64,000 nt of DNA. Source: an uncultured Spirochaetota bacterium (GTDB taxonomy: Bacteria > Spirochaetota > Brevinematia > Brevinematales > JAOACQ01). The first letter of the stretch is position 1. Every line of letters starts with the position of its first letter. The translations under genes were made by a program, and so were the position numbers. This document shows positions 39,231-49,711 of the stretch, piece by piece. The notes under the pieces are model-generated. The model made no database searches. It was not told the DNA's origin and was given only the letters and a program-made list of their open reading frames with translations. Where the stretch lies: the NCBI GenBank assembly GCA_963835575.1, contig CAWIGG010000003.1, positions 1-64,000 of the forward strand. Direction: 5' to 3'.

Positions 39231-39696
39231 GACGCTTTCATTCAGAGCGGCCGGAACAAAAGACTTTCATCTGATCTCCGAGATGGAAAAGAGATGCTTC
39301 AATCAGTACGATCTTTTTAAACCTCACCAGGTCCGCCGTTTTCTAAGCGATCCCGGCCGTTCCATCATCACTGACATCATTCTTTTAGATAATACGCCCA
39401 TCGGATGGGCGGCCTATTTTACCAGAAAGAATTCCAGGCTCATCCGTATGTATTCCATCTGCGTCCACCCGGACCATTCCGGAAAAGGTTATGCCCGAGA
39501 ATATCTTAATAAAAGACTTCTCTTATTTGAAAAAAAATACAGCGCCATGATCCTTGAAGTGCGCGCGTCAAACGGGAGGGCCATCCGCCTTTACGAAGGG
39601 CTCGGCTTTAAAGTCAAAAAAAAACTGCCCGGCTACTACCCCGATGATGAGGACGGCTTAAAAATGATAAAATATTTTAAGGAAAAATACCGATAA
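39217..39696 (+). CDS. GNAT N-acetyltransferase (RimI-like)
   Basis: YSICVHPDHSGKG; LEVRASNGRAIRLYEGLGF. Confidence 0.9.
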   Translation: MKVYETLSFRAAGTKDFHLISEMEKRCFNQYDLFKPHQVRRFLSDPGRSIITDIILLDNTPIGWAAYFTRKNSRLIRMYSICVHPDHSGKGYAREYLNKRLLLFEKKYSAMILEVRASNGRAIRLYEGLGFKVKKKLPGYYPDDEDGLKMIKYFKEKYR

Positions 39697-39704
39697 GCTT
39701 ATCT

Positions 39705-41549
39705 ATGAAAAAGATAAAAACCGGACCGGTTCCTTTGAACGAGGAAAAAGGATACTATCTGCCATCCGAGGTCAGCCGTATTCCCGAGGACCCCGGCGTC
39801 TACCTGATGAAGAATAAAGAAGGAACCATCATATACATCGGGAAAGCCAAGAATTTAAAAAAAAGAGTTTCTTCCTACTTTCAAAAAAGACTTGATTCGG
39901 AATACAGCCTGAAAACCAAATTTCTTGTGGATAATATCGCCATCATAGATACCGTTTCCGTCAGGAATGAGTCCGAAGCACTGATACTGGAAGCCAATCT
40001 GATCAAACAGTTCCAGCCGAGATACAACATAGACTTTAAAGATAATAAATTCTATCCTTTTATCGCCGTCACTATTAAAGACGCGTTTCCCAGGATTGTC
40101 TTCACAAGAGAACCCCGGAAGGACGGAACGCTCTATTTCGGTCCCTATACCAGCGCCCGGTCGGTGCGCCAGTATATCGACCTGGTACAGCGGCTTTTTA
40201 AGATCAGGACATGCGTGATCATGCCGAAAAAAGAATGCCTGAATTTTTATATCAACCGCTGTACGGCCCCCTGCACTAAAAGAATTTCACAAGAGGATTA
40301 CCATAAGAACGTGACGGACGCCGTGGAGCTTTTGTCCGGTAATTCCCATACCCTGATCAGAAAGCTCGAAAAGCAGATGAAGGAATCGGCGTCCCTCCTT
40401 CAATTTGAAAAAGCCCAGGTTTTCAAAGAAAAAATCGAGGCAATCCGGATATTTGACGAGAGCCAGAACGTTTTTCTCGAATCCGGGATCAACGCCGATT
40501 TTATCGGGCTGTTCACCCATATGGGCCGGATTGTGTTTGTTGTTACCCATATCCGCAATGGAAAGATGATCGGGAAAAGAAGCTACAGCGCCTCCATGCA
40601 GGTTGAAGAAGAAATGGCGGACATCCTGTTTAATTTCTTAACGGAATATGACAAACAGTCGGATAAAAAGCAGTCGTATTATATCATTGATGAAAAATAT
40701 AAAAATATAATCGCAGGCGCAAACCTCTACCTGAAAAATAATAACAGGACGGCGCGCGTCATTATCCCGCGGGATGAAAAACAGAAAGCCCTTCTCAGAA
40801 TGGCCATGGAAAACGCGAGCCTCCATCTGACCCAGATCCTGAGCAAAGTCGACTCGTCGGAAGGCCTCAAACTTCTGCAGGAAGTTCTCCGGCTGGATAC
40901 TCTGCCGATGCGTATTGAGGGTTTTGATATCGCCAATATTCTCGGTCAGAACGCGGCGGCCTCTCTCGTGTCCTTTTATGCCGGCAAACCGGATAAACAG
41001 AACTACCGTATTTTCAAGATCCGGTCCAAAACGACCGCGGATGATTTCGCCATGATCAACGAGGCTGTTTCCAGAAGATATAAACGTCTCAAGGAAGAAG
41101 ATAAAGACCTGCCGGACCTGATCCTCATAGACGGCGGCAAAGGCCAGCTGAATGCCGCGCTCGAGGCCCTGGCCGGGTTAAACCTGAACCTTAATGTCGT
41201 ATCGCTGGCTAAAAAGAATGAGGAGATCTATACCCCCTATCAGGAGAAACCCATTATCCTCAGCAGGAATTCTCCCGCCCTTCATATTCTCCAGCAGGTC
41301 AGGGATGAGACCCACCGTTTCGCCAATACGTTTTACAACCGGTCTAAAACTAAAAAAGACATGGAATCTGTTTTCAACGGCATAAAAGGGATCGGGAAAA
41401 AAAGAAAAGAAATTATACTGAAAAATTTTTTAAACTATGATATAATAAAAACTCTGAGTTTAGACGAATTAATAAACAAAGGAATACCTCCAGCCGCAGC
41501 GCCGGCCGTTTATAAGAAAATGAAAAGCATCATGAAGGACAAGGAGTAA
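39705..41549 (+). CDS. uvrC: Excinuclease ABC subunit C
   Basis: GIY-YIG (PGVYLM...IYIGKAKNL), RIEGFDI, LIDGGKGQ, RDETHRFA. Confidence 0.97.
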   Translation: MKKIKTGPVPLNEEKGYYLPSEVSRIPEDPGVYLMKNKEGTIIYIGKAKNLKKRVSSYFQKRLDSEYSLKTKFLVDNIAIIDTVSVRNESEALILEANLIKQFQPRYNIDFKDNKFYPFIAVTIKDAFPRIVFTREPRKDGTLYFGPYTSARSVRQYIDLVQRLFKIRTCVIMPKKECLNFYINRCTAPCTKRISQEDYHKNVTDAVELLSGNSHTLIRKLEKQMKESASLLQFEKAQVFKEKIEAIRIFDESQNVFLESGINADFIGLFTHMGRIVFVVTHIRNGKMIGKRSYSASMQVEEEMADILFNFLTEYDKQSDKKQSYYIIDEKYKNIIAGANLYLKNNNRTARVIIPRDEKQKALLRMAMENASLHLTQILSKVDSSEGLKLLQEVLRLDTLPMRIEGFDIANILGQNAAASLVSFYAGKPDKQNYRIFKIRSKTTADDFAMINEAVSRRYKRLKEEDKDLPDLILIDGGKGQLNAALEALAGLNLNLNVVSLAKKNEEIYTPYQEKPIILSRNSPALHILQQVRDETHRFANTFYNRSKTKKDMESVFNGIKGIGKKRKEIILKNFLNYDIIKTLSLDELINKGIPPAAAPAVYKKMKSIMKDKE

Positions 41550-41551
41550 GC

Positions 41552-42286
41552 ATGAATGCCTGCATTTATACTCAATCAAATTTTATCCGTAATACTTATA
41601 TCAATGCCCTTATACCCCGCGGCATATCGCTTTATCATGTCGAGCACGGCGATGAGTTGATCAGTAAAATCCTTTATACAAAAGCCGAAATTGCCATTCT
41701 GGATGTTATCCAGGAAGATTATGACGGCGCTTTTGCGTTATTAAAGCAGATCAAGAATCATGAATCGGAAGTTGTAAAAAAAACAGCCGTTATACTGATA
41801 ATAGGCGCCATTGATAAAACCCAGGTGACAGCCGCCATTCAACTGGGCGTGATCGGCTTTATTAAAAGCAATGCGGCAGAAGATTTCGTCGGCAACTATA
41901 TAATCGATATTTACAAGAAGGAAAAAGGCACTCCTCCCGAGAGAAAGTTTGTCCGGGTCTCATTCGATACAAGCAACACAAATGAAAGAATCGGTATTAA
42001 ACTCCGTTCTCCTATTAATTCGCAATTGATCATGGGGGTCATAAAAGACATAAGTTTTGGAGGAGTTGCCGTTGAACTTGTCGGCACTTATCCTCTGGAA
42101 TCATTATCCCCGGGACTGACAATTAAAAACATGCAGTTTATACTGGATGGGAAAGACGTTTATATTGACGGCGTTGTTGTGGCCTATCAAAAGGGTTTCT
42201 GCGCTTTCCGCTTTAACGATATGTCAGAAACCGTTCGTGAAACCATCAGCCATTTTGTTTTCCAGAAAATCTCATCTTTAGCGTAA
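41552..42286 (+). CDS. Receiver-like domain plus PilZ domain protein
   Basis: ERKFVRV and DISFGG PilZ motifs. Confidence 0.82.
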   Translation: MNACIYTQSNFIRNTYINALIPRGISLYHVEHGDELISKILYTKAEIAILDVIQEDYDGAFALLKQIKNHESEVVKKTAVILIIGAIDKTQVTAAIQLGVIGFIKSNAAEDFVGNYIIDIYKKEKGTPPERKFVRVSFDTSNTNERIGIKLRSPINSQLIMGVIKDISFGGVAVELVGTYPLESLSPGLTIKNMQFILDGKDVYIDGVVVAYQKGFCAFRFNDMSETVRETISHFVFQKISSLA

Positions 42287-42311
42287 ATTTATTTTATATA
42301 AGGAACTTTCT

Positions 42312-43187
42312 GTGCTGAGAAAAAAAATCTCCTTTCCTAAAAGAATTAAAAGCATTCCGCAGGAGATTATCAATAAATCCGTCCTTTCCGCCCTTGAAGA
42401 AGACCTCGGTGTTGAAGGCGACATAACAAGCCTTTCCACATTATCAGGAAACAATAAAAAAGTTCAGTCAAAAGCTGTGGCCAGGGAGAATGGCGTTATT
42501 TGCGGAGCGGCTGTATTCCGTTCAGTATATAAGGTTCTTGACCCTTCCCTTAAAGTTAAAATTTTAAAAAAAGACGGGGAAACAGTCAAAAAAGGGGATA
42601 AGATCATTGAAATCACAGGAAATGCGGCATCAATAACAACCGGGGAACGCACCGCGATGAATTTTCTGGGATTGATGTCAGGAATTTCGACAAAAGTCAG
42701 GCATCTTGTTTCATCTTTAAAAAATTATCCGGTAAAGCTTCTTGACACACGGAAGACCCTGCCTGGACTGCGATATTTTCAAAAATACGCCGTCGCGGTC
42801 GGCGGCGGTTATAATCACAGGATTGGCCTTTTTGATATGATATTAATTAAGGAAAACCATATAGCTGCCGCCGGCGGGATCACGCCTGCAGTAAAAAAAG
42901 CAAGAGATTCTTATCCAGGCTCTATTATAGAAATAGAGATACAAAATCTAAAAGAAGCCGAAGAAGTTCTTTATACAGAGGCGGATATTGTCATGCTGGA
43001 TAATATGGATGATGCCACAGTCAAAAAAGCGCTTATCATCCTTAAAAAAGACAAATATATTGAAGTTTCCGGAAATATCGATGAAGCCAGACTTTTAAAG
43101 TTAGCCGGGCTTGGAGTGGATTTCATTTCCATGGGATCTCTTACCCATACTGTCAAACCGCTTGATTTAAGCCTTCTTATATTATAA
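42312..43187 (+). CDS. nadC: Quinolinate phosphoribosyltransferase
   Basis: EEDL...DITS, LDTRKTLPG, HRIGLFD, IKENH, MLDN. Confidence 0.97.
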   Translation: MLRKKISFPKRIKSIPQEIINKSVLSALEEDLGVEGDITSLSTLSGNNKKVQSKAVARENGVICGAAVFRSVYKVLDPSLKVKILKKDGETVKKGDKIIEITGNAASITTGERTAMNFLGLMSGISTKVRHLVSSLKNYPVKLLDTRKTLPGLRYFQKYAVAVGGGYNHRIGLFDMILIKENHIAAAGGITPAVKKARDSYPGSIIEIEIQNLKEAEEVLYTEADIVMLDNMDDATVKKALIILKKDKYIEVSGNIDEARLLKLAGLGVDFISMGSLTHTVKPLDLSLLIL

Positions 43188-43606
43188 TTTTTAAAACTAT
43201 TTTTTAAAAAGCTCAATATCAGGAAACAATAAATGATAATTTGATATAAGGACAGCTTATATTCAAATAATTGAACATATTTATATCTAATAATTAATCA
43301 CAGTATTTTTAATAAAATTTACATTTATAAGTTCAAAATTTGATAACGCGCTTGAAATTCCTTAATATTGCCTGTTTTATCATCAAATCAGAAAATATTA
43401 TTTAGTAAATATATTAATGTTATACACTATTTTTCCGATAATAGAAAAGGCTAACTCTTTCTACAGAAGGGGATTATTGCTTATTTGACTTCATTTTTGC
43501 GTAATTAAAAAGAGGTCATTAAAAAAAACGTGTTTTTTTAGAGGTTTTTTAATGGCAAAAAACCTTGATTTTTATTTAAAAATAAGCTATATTAGTTTTT
43601 ACTTCA

Positions 43607-43954
43607 GGGGGCGTCTGGCTTTCGACTGAGACAGCGGGATTTTTAAACTTCAGGCAGGGCTTGAGTAACCCTTTAAACTGCTCAACAAACATAAACGCAG
43701 AAGAAAATTATTCTTATGCAATGGCAGCCTAGTGCTGCTAACTGCTGGTAGCGCTCTCCTTCAGAGCTATAAGCGGGTAAGAAACGAAGGATAAGTTCTG
43801 CAATGCCGGGTTGCAGGGTCGAAAACAAACGGCTTTGAAACAGTCTCGTTTTGTTCCGTTCGCGGCTGTTTCGAGAAAAACAATGGAACTAAGCCTGTGA
43901 ATAAGGTTTTTTAGTTCTGGTTTCAGGACGTGGGTTCGATTCCCACCGCCTCCA
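43607..43954 (+). ncRNA. ssrA: tmRNA
   Basis: 5' GGGGGCG pairs with 3' CGCCTCC-A (G3.U); T-arm GTGGGTTCGATTCCCAC; tag ORF AEENYSYAMAA* at 43697-43732. Confidence 0.95.
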
Positions 43955-44011
43955 ATTAAAGAGGCTGCCGGATGAAAAAGGATTTTATACTCCCTAACAG
44001 GAGGTTACATT

Positions 44012-44332
44012 ATGAAGATTGACGGTGTCAACATTTTACCTCATACAAATAATGTTAAGGCTGTTTCATCACCTAGAATGACAGAGAGAGATTTTTCTTC
44101 CATTATAAAAATCCGTGAAGCGAATGCTCAAAGCGTCAATATTCCCAAAAACACAAATAAAGAGCTTGTACAGGATTTTGCCGAATGGTATTTTAAACAG
44201 GGCAGAACATACGAGACAACAAAAAGCTACAAACAGGCCATTTCAGCTTACGAAAAATCTAATTCTGTCGAACCGGACATTAATAAAACAAGTTCTATAG
44301 ATCAGGTCAGAAAAAAAGAATACGGCAAATAA
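44012..44332 (+). CDS. Small protein with a TPR-like helix pair
   Basis: AEWYFKQG...YKQAISAYEKS; RBS AGGAGG. Confidence 0.7.
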   Translation: MKIDGVNILPHTNNVKAVSSPRMTERDFSSIIKIREANAQSVNIPKNTNKELVQDFAEWYFKQGRTYETTKSYKQAISAYEKSNSVEPDINKTSSIDQVRKKEYGK

Positions 44333-44585
44333 ATGTATTCTCATTCAAAGAACCACTTATCATATTAAATAGTACCGGTTTTAACTCATTTTCACCCTAA
44401 AAGTATCTTTCATTATTGAACATTTTTTTTATTTATATTATAATTTAAATTAATTTACTTTTAAAATAGGACTTACTGCTCATGAGTTCCGATTATAATA
44501 ATGAATATAAATATTGATTTATAGACTATCTTATTTTATATATGCCGTTTTTGATTGTATATTATATTGAAAAAGAGAGGGAAAA

Positions 44586-45284
44586 ATGCAGATATTTAAA
44601 AAAACAGCTATTATTTTAATGCTTTTTTATATAGCGGCATCATGCGCGCAGGACGCTGCAATAAACTCAAGCATATCTGTCTGCACAATTGGTAATTGGG
44701 TAAATTTTAACGGCACTCCGATCAAAGCAGCTCTATTAGATAAGAAAAAGGAGCCGGTAACCTCTGACGTTATTTTAAGCCCCTCTGAATTTTACATTGA
44801 CATCCGTACAATAAAGATGAAAACCGATTCCGGTCAATGGTTCACTATACTTGAAAACGGCACTTTTCTAAAAAAGGAAATTGTTCATTCCGTTAACACT
44901 ACCCCGCCGATGCTTGTGCCTCCCGGCTTTTATACGGCTTTTTTGATCGGATATGGCGCTAATTGGCAATTGAACTGCGTATATACAAATACAAACGGTA
45001 TTATCACTAATATGACCATTGCCAATACCGGATCCACAAATACATATTACTGCCTTTTAGGGACAATGCTGTCAATTTCATCAATAACAAATTCAGAAAA
45101 AATTCAGCCTGACACAGTTATTTCTTTACTCAATATAAGCGGTTATCCTCTAGAAAATGATGAATTCAAGCAATTCTATCTCTATTTTGACACAATGGAT
45201 ATGATTCGATTATTGACCAATTCCAGCGGTAATATTACAAATATTAAAATGACGCAGCCGACTCTCGAAATTGATTTAAAATAA
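44586..45284 (+). CDS. Lipoprotein (possibly DUF4382-like)
   Basis: Lipobox IAASC; beta-rich sequence. Confidence 0.65.
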   Translation: MQIFKKTAIILMLFYIAASCAQDAAINSSISVCTIGNWVNFNGTPIKAALLDKKKEPVTSDVILSPSEFYIDIRTIKMKTDSGQWFTILENGTFLKKEIVHSVNTTPPMLVPPGFYTAFLIGYGANWQLNCVYTNTNGIITNMTIANTGSTNTYYCLLGTMLSISSITNSEKIQPDTVISLLNISGYPLENDEFKQFYLYFDTMDMIRLLTNSSGNITNIKMTQPTLEIDLK

Positions 45285-45297
45285 AAAAGGGGACCCT

Positions 45298-45702
45298 GTG
45301 AAATTAAAAAGATTAACCCTTCTTAATACCGGTATTGATATGATTCCTGTTATTAATATCGCTTTTCTGCTCTTAATGTTTTTTATGCTTTCTTCCGTTT
45401 ATATGAATAAGCCGGCAATCAATATAGATTTACCGGATAGTAAAATATCCGATATTCAGCCTGCCTGGAAAGCCGTAATCACTATTAATAAATCAGGATT
45501 AATAACCCTTAATGAAAACATAATTTCATCAGACAGACTTGGGATTAAGATAAAGGAACTTTGTAATAAAGACGATCATCTTAATGTAACAATAAGAGCA
45601 GATAAGGGAGTTCCCTATGGTAAAATGGTTGAAATAATGGATACAGCCAGACTGGCCGGAGTAAAAAAAATCAGTCTGGCCACATTCGCAAGGGAAGAGT
45701 AA
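45298..45702 (+). CDS. exbD: Biopolymer transport protein ExbD/TolR
   Basis: IDMIPVINIAFLLLMFFM; IRADKGVPYG. Confidence 0.9.
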   Translation: MKLKRLTLLNTGIDMIPVINIAFLLLMFFMLSSVYMNKPAINIDLPDSKISDIQPAWKAVITINKSGLITLNENIISSDRLGIKIKELCNKDDHLNVTIRADKGVPYGKMVEIMDTARLAGVKKISLATFAREE

Positions 45703-45705
45703 TAT

Positions 45706-46506
45706 ATGAAGGTTCTCAGCATTCAAAAAAGTTTTCTTGTCTCCCTCAGTATACATCTGTTCTTTATTATTTTTTTCAGTTTGTTATTAATCACGAACCG
45801 TTTTCAATCAAAAAACGAACCTGTCAGCATCAGCATTGAATCGGAATCAGAGAGCATTTCGAAAGGTCTCGGTGATAATATCTATGAACCGATAAAAAAA
45901 CCGGCTCCTCAGCTTAAAGAAAGAAAAACAAAGCCTGTTGAAAAAAATGCCGTGACTGAAAAAATCGCTCCGAAAAAAGAGAATCTGAAAAAAGAACTTG
46001 CTCTCAATTCAAAAAACGATCTGCAGAAAGACAGCAGTCAAAACGATAACTTGAATCAGATACAAAATCAGATCAGCAATAATATGGCAAAGGAAGCAGA
46101 AAATAAAAAAGTCAAACAGGAAATGGACCAGATTTTCGGCAACATTGAACAGGCATTGAAGGAAGGAAATTCCAGGACGGGGAAAGACGGTAAAGGCACG
46201 CTTTCTTCGGGCGATCCTCTCAGCGACGCGACATGGAGTTCAAAACCCAGGAAAACAATCTATTTCCCCAATATTCAATCCAGAATCCCTGATAAATACA
46301 AAAAAAAGGGGATGAGCTATTCGATTACCATGAGGCTTTCTTTCGATAAAAACGGACTGGCTACCAAAGCGGAGATAATTTCATCATCAGGAGATCCTTC
46401 CATAGACAGCATTTTTAATACTGAACTCCGCAAAATCCGCGTCGAACCCATTGAAATCGACCGTGTGGACGAGATTACTAAAGTATTTACAATCTCCCTC
46501 AAATAA
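45706..46506 (+). CDS. TonB/TolA-like energy transducer
   Basis: SLSIH TM motif, Lys-rich linker, SSGDPSID C-terminal domain. Confidence 0.8.
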   Translation: MKVLSIQKSFLVSLSIHLFFIIFFSLLLITNRFQSKNEPVSISIESESESISKGLGDNIYEPIKKPAPQLKERKTKPVEKNAVTEKIAPKKENLKKELALNSKNDLQKDSSQNDNLNQIQNQISNNMAKEAENKKVKQEMDQIFGNIEQALKEGNSRTGKDGKGTLSSGDPLSDATWSSKPRKTIYFPNIQSRIPDKYKKKGMSYSITMRLSFDKNGLATKAEIISSSGDPSIDSIFNTELRKIRVEPIEIDRVDEITKVFTISLK

Positions 46507-46598
46507 ATCAGCAGTCAACACAGTCAACAGTCAGCAGCATTTCGTGTATAGTTTATCTGTCTGATGCCGGCTGACAACAGAATAAAAGGTACTTAACC

Positions 46599-47495
46599 AT
46601 GGCATCTTTTCAGAAAATCATTATCCCTCGATTGATCAGAAAAAGAATACTTCAGAATTATCCCGAGCGCCCTCCTGTCATCGCGCACCGCGGCGGGGGC
46701 GGCCTGGCGCCGGAGAATACCCTGGCCGCGTTCCGGAACGCCGCCGGGCTGGGCGTTGACGGTATTGAATTTGATGTCCAGAGGTCAAAGGACGGGTACC
46801 TTGTCGTTTTTCATGATCCCGATGTGAAACGAGCGACCAACGGCCGGGGTATGATCAAGGACCTGACGCTTGCTCAAATCAATGAACTCGACGCCGGAAT
46901 AAAATTCGGAAGGGGGTTTTCAGGCGAACGCGTGCCGGCATTAAAAAGCGCTCTTGAATTTTTAGCTCCGCTTTCTCTCCAATTAATAATAGAATTAAAG
47001 CATCCGGAATATTATCCGGGCATTGAAAAACAGGTTCTGGACATGATTGATTCTTTCGGTATGAAATCCAGAGTAAAAATTGCCTCTTTTTGCGCCGGTT
47101 CACTCTCACGCGTCCATGAATTAGACAGAACGGTCCCTTTAGTCAGGAATTACCGGGTTAATCTTCCCCTCATAAATGAGAAATATGATGCCGCCAGCGT
47201 CAATTATCTCAATCTGCGTCTATTCCCATGGAGAATCAAAGATTACAGAAAACATTGCCGGGAAGTGATGGTCTGGAAAGCCGACAAATTATGCGATATG
47301 ATATTTTTCCTGAGAAAAGGCATTGACGCCGTCATTACGGACTACCCTGATAGAATGATAAGACTTCCTGGACTTGATTTACAAGGAATAATAACAAACA
47401 TTGGTTGTTTTGATAAACACGCCGCAAGTTTTGGAACTGTCATTAATTTAGTACTTCTGTTGTATTGTTTAAGACGCGTTTTTGGTTTAAAATGA
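46599..47495 (+). CDS. Glycerophosphodiester phosphodiesterase family protein
   Basis: IAHRG...PENTLAAF...IEFDV...HD; ITDYPD. Confidence 0.93.
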   Translation: MASFQKIIIPRLIRKRILQNYPERPPVIAHRGGGGLAPENTLAAFRNAAGLGVDGIEFDVQRSKDGYLVVFHDPDVKRATNGRGMIKDLTLAQINELDAGIKFGRGFSGERVPALKSALEFLAPLSLQLIIELKHPEYYPGIEKQVLDMIDSFGMKSRVKIASFCAGSLSRVHELDRTVPLVRNYRVNLPLINEKYDAASVNYLNLRLFPWRIKDYRKHCREVMVWKADKLCDMIFFLRKGIDAVITDYPDRMIRLPGLDLQGIITNIGCFDKHAASFGTVINLVLLLYCLRRVFGLK

Positions 47496-47523
47496 TGCTG
47501 TTAAAATATAAAGATGGAATTGC

Positions 47524-47711
47524 ATGATTAATTTTTACGTATTTTTTTCAATCATTTCGTACAGTCTCGGATTTCTTGTTATTGTTCTTTCTTTATTATT
47601 TTTTCTGAAATGGAAGAACAGACTGTTGAAAAACACCTTCAGAATATCTATAAAAAAACGGATTTGAGCGACAGTAACAGACTGGCGGCGCTAATCTATG
47701 TCAATCATTGA
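47524..47711 (+). pseudogene. Internally deleted membrane LuxR-type regulator
   Basis: First TM helix in one frame joined to TVEKHLQNIYKK (LuxR HTH tail) in another frame. Confidence 0.65.
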
Positions 47712-47951
47712 AAAACCGGGGAAAGATTTAATAAAAACCTCATGCCGGCTGATAATCATAATAATAAAAAAGTAAAAAATAATTTAACAATACGCATAAC
47801 CTATGCTCTTATTCAGAATGAACTCCGGCTTATCCGGGTAAAGTATTTCCTTTGACTTGCAATAAAAAACGCGTTATCCGTCAATATTGATTGTATTATA
47901 TTTGTCAAAAGCCATGAAATTTATTATTTTTAAAGGAAATAAGGATTTATT

Positions 47952-48911
47952 ATGGACGCCATCAAAGTCAATGATCTGACAAAGAAATTCAAGGATGTGC
48001 TGGCTGTCGACCGTGTCTCTTTTACTGTGGAAAAAGGAGAGCTTTTCGGTTTTTTAGGGCCGAACGGCGCCGGGAAAACAACAACGATCAATATGCTCTC
48101 CACTCTCATAAAGCCGACATCCGGCCTGGCTGAGGTGATGGGATTTAATATTAAGAGCCAGCGCGACAGCGTCAGGAAGAGCATCGGCGTTGTTTTTCAG
48201 GAACCGGCACTGGACAGCCGGCTGACGGGAAAAGAAAACCTGGAATTCCACGCGATGATGTACAAAATGCCCAGGGTAAAAAGGACGGAGAGGATCAAGG
48301 AAGTTCTTGAACTGGTCGAGCTTTCCGATAAGGCAAACAAAAAAGTGGAGACCTATTCCGGCGGTATGAAGCGCCGTCTTGAGATCGCCCGCGGGCTGAT
48401 GCATTATCCCGATATCCTTTTTCTGGACGAGCCGACAATCGGCCTGGATTCGCAGACCCGAAGGCATATCTGGGATTATGTTAAAAAGCTCAATAAGGAA
48501 ACCGGCATCACGATGATGCTGACGACCCACTATATGGAAGAAGCGGACTACCTCTGCGACCGGGTTCTCATCATCGATTACGGAAAAATTGTCGCGCTTG
48601 ATACTCCGAAAAATTTGAAAAACATCCTCGGCGGCGATGTCGTCGACCTGGAAATAGACGGCAGCTGTACCGATCTAATGAATGAATTAAAAAAACTGGA
48701 GTGGATAAAAACCGTGAAAGAACATGACTGCCGCTTGAGCCTGACAATGGAAAGGGGCGATAAAAGAATTCCTCAGTTAGTCACACTGGCCCAGCAGAAG
48801 GGCGCTCATATCGCTTCCATTAACCTGCATAAGCCCAGCCTGGCCGATGTCTTTATTCACTTTACCGGCAAGACGATCCGGGAACAGGAATCAAAACAAA
48901 AAGGGGAATAG
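47952..48911 (+). CDS. ABC-2 exporter ATP-binding subunit (DrrA-like)
   Basis: GPNGAGKTT, YSGGMKRRL, FLDEPT, TTHYMEEA. Confidence 0.95.
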   Translation: MDAIKVNDLTKKFKDVLAVDRVSFTVEKGELFGFLGPNGAGKTTTINMLSTLIKPTSGLAEVMGFNIKSQRDSVRKSIGVVFQEPALDSRLTGKENLEFHAMMYKMPRVKRTERIKEVLELVELSDKANKKVETYSGGMKRRLEIARGLMHYPDILFLDEPTIGLDSQTRRHIWDYVKKLNKETGITMMLTTHYMEEADYLCDRVLIIDYGKIVALDTPKNLKNILGGDVVDLEIDGSCTDLMNELKKLEWIKTVKEHDCRLSLTMERGDKRIPQLVTLAQQKGAHIASINLHKPSLADVFIHFTGKTIREQESKQKGE

Positions 48912-48912
48912 C

Positions 48913-49678
48913 ATGATAAATTTGACTGTGATCTATGTCATGTGGCTGCGCGACATGAAGCGTTTTGTCCGGTCGCCTTCGCGGCTGATCGGGAACCTGA
49001 TCATTCCTTTTCTATTATTGATATCACTGGGCACGGGATTCGGAAAAATGGCCATCCCCGGCATTTCCGGAAATATCGGTTATTTCGGCTTTCTGGTGCC
49101 CGGTATGGCGGCTATGACAATCCTTTTTACAGGAATGTTCTCAGGCCTTTCCGTTCTCTGGGACAGACAGTACGGCTTTTTAAAAGAGGATCATGGTGGC
49201 GCCGGTTTCCAGGGTCTCAATCGTTCTCGGCCGCATCGTCAGCGGAGCCACAACAGGGGTCGCCCAGTCATTTCTTCTGATATTCATCTCGCTCTTCATC
49301 GGGTTCAAACTGCCTTCACCCATGTCGCTTCTCTATGCCTTTGTTTTTATGGTGCTGATCGCTTTTATATTCACCAGCATCGGACTTATTTTCGCGTCGA
49401 GGATGAAAGATGAACAGGGCTTCGGCCTGATCATGAACTTTCTTGTTCTACCCATGCTTTTTTTATCCGGTGCTTTCGCGCCGCTGGACAACTTCCCGGT
49501 CTGGGTAAAAATCGTCTCTTATCTGAACCCTCTGACCTACGGAGTGGACGGACTGCGGAATGTGCTCCTCGGTTCTTCTTCCATGCCGTTATTGATCAGC
49601 TTCACCGTTTCCGGCGCGCTTGCCGTTCTGCTGATCATACTCGGGGCTTTCTTTTTTGAAACGAGTGAAGTTGTGTAA
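48913..49678 (+). pseudogene. ABC-2 permease (DrrB-like) with a +1 frameshift near 49188 (possible assembly error)
   Basis: WDRQYGFLKE continues IMVAPVSR in another frame; NPLTYGVDGLR. Confidence 0.85.
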
Positions 49679-49711
49679 CCCTTTCTTTAAGTTAATTTTC
49701 TATTATAAAAG

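Noticed and set aside
43440..43540. Possible riboswitch upstream of ssrA
   Set aside because: Short hairpins only; conserved c-di-GMP, SAM or cobalamin riboswitch motifs are not matched.
46508..46580. CAGTCAAC/CAGTCAGC short tandem motifs
   Set aside because: Too short and degenerate to assign a function.
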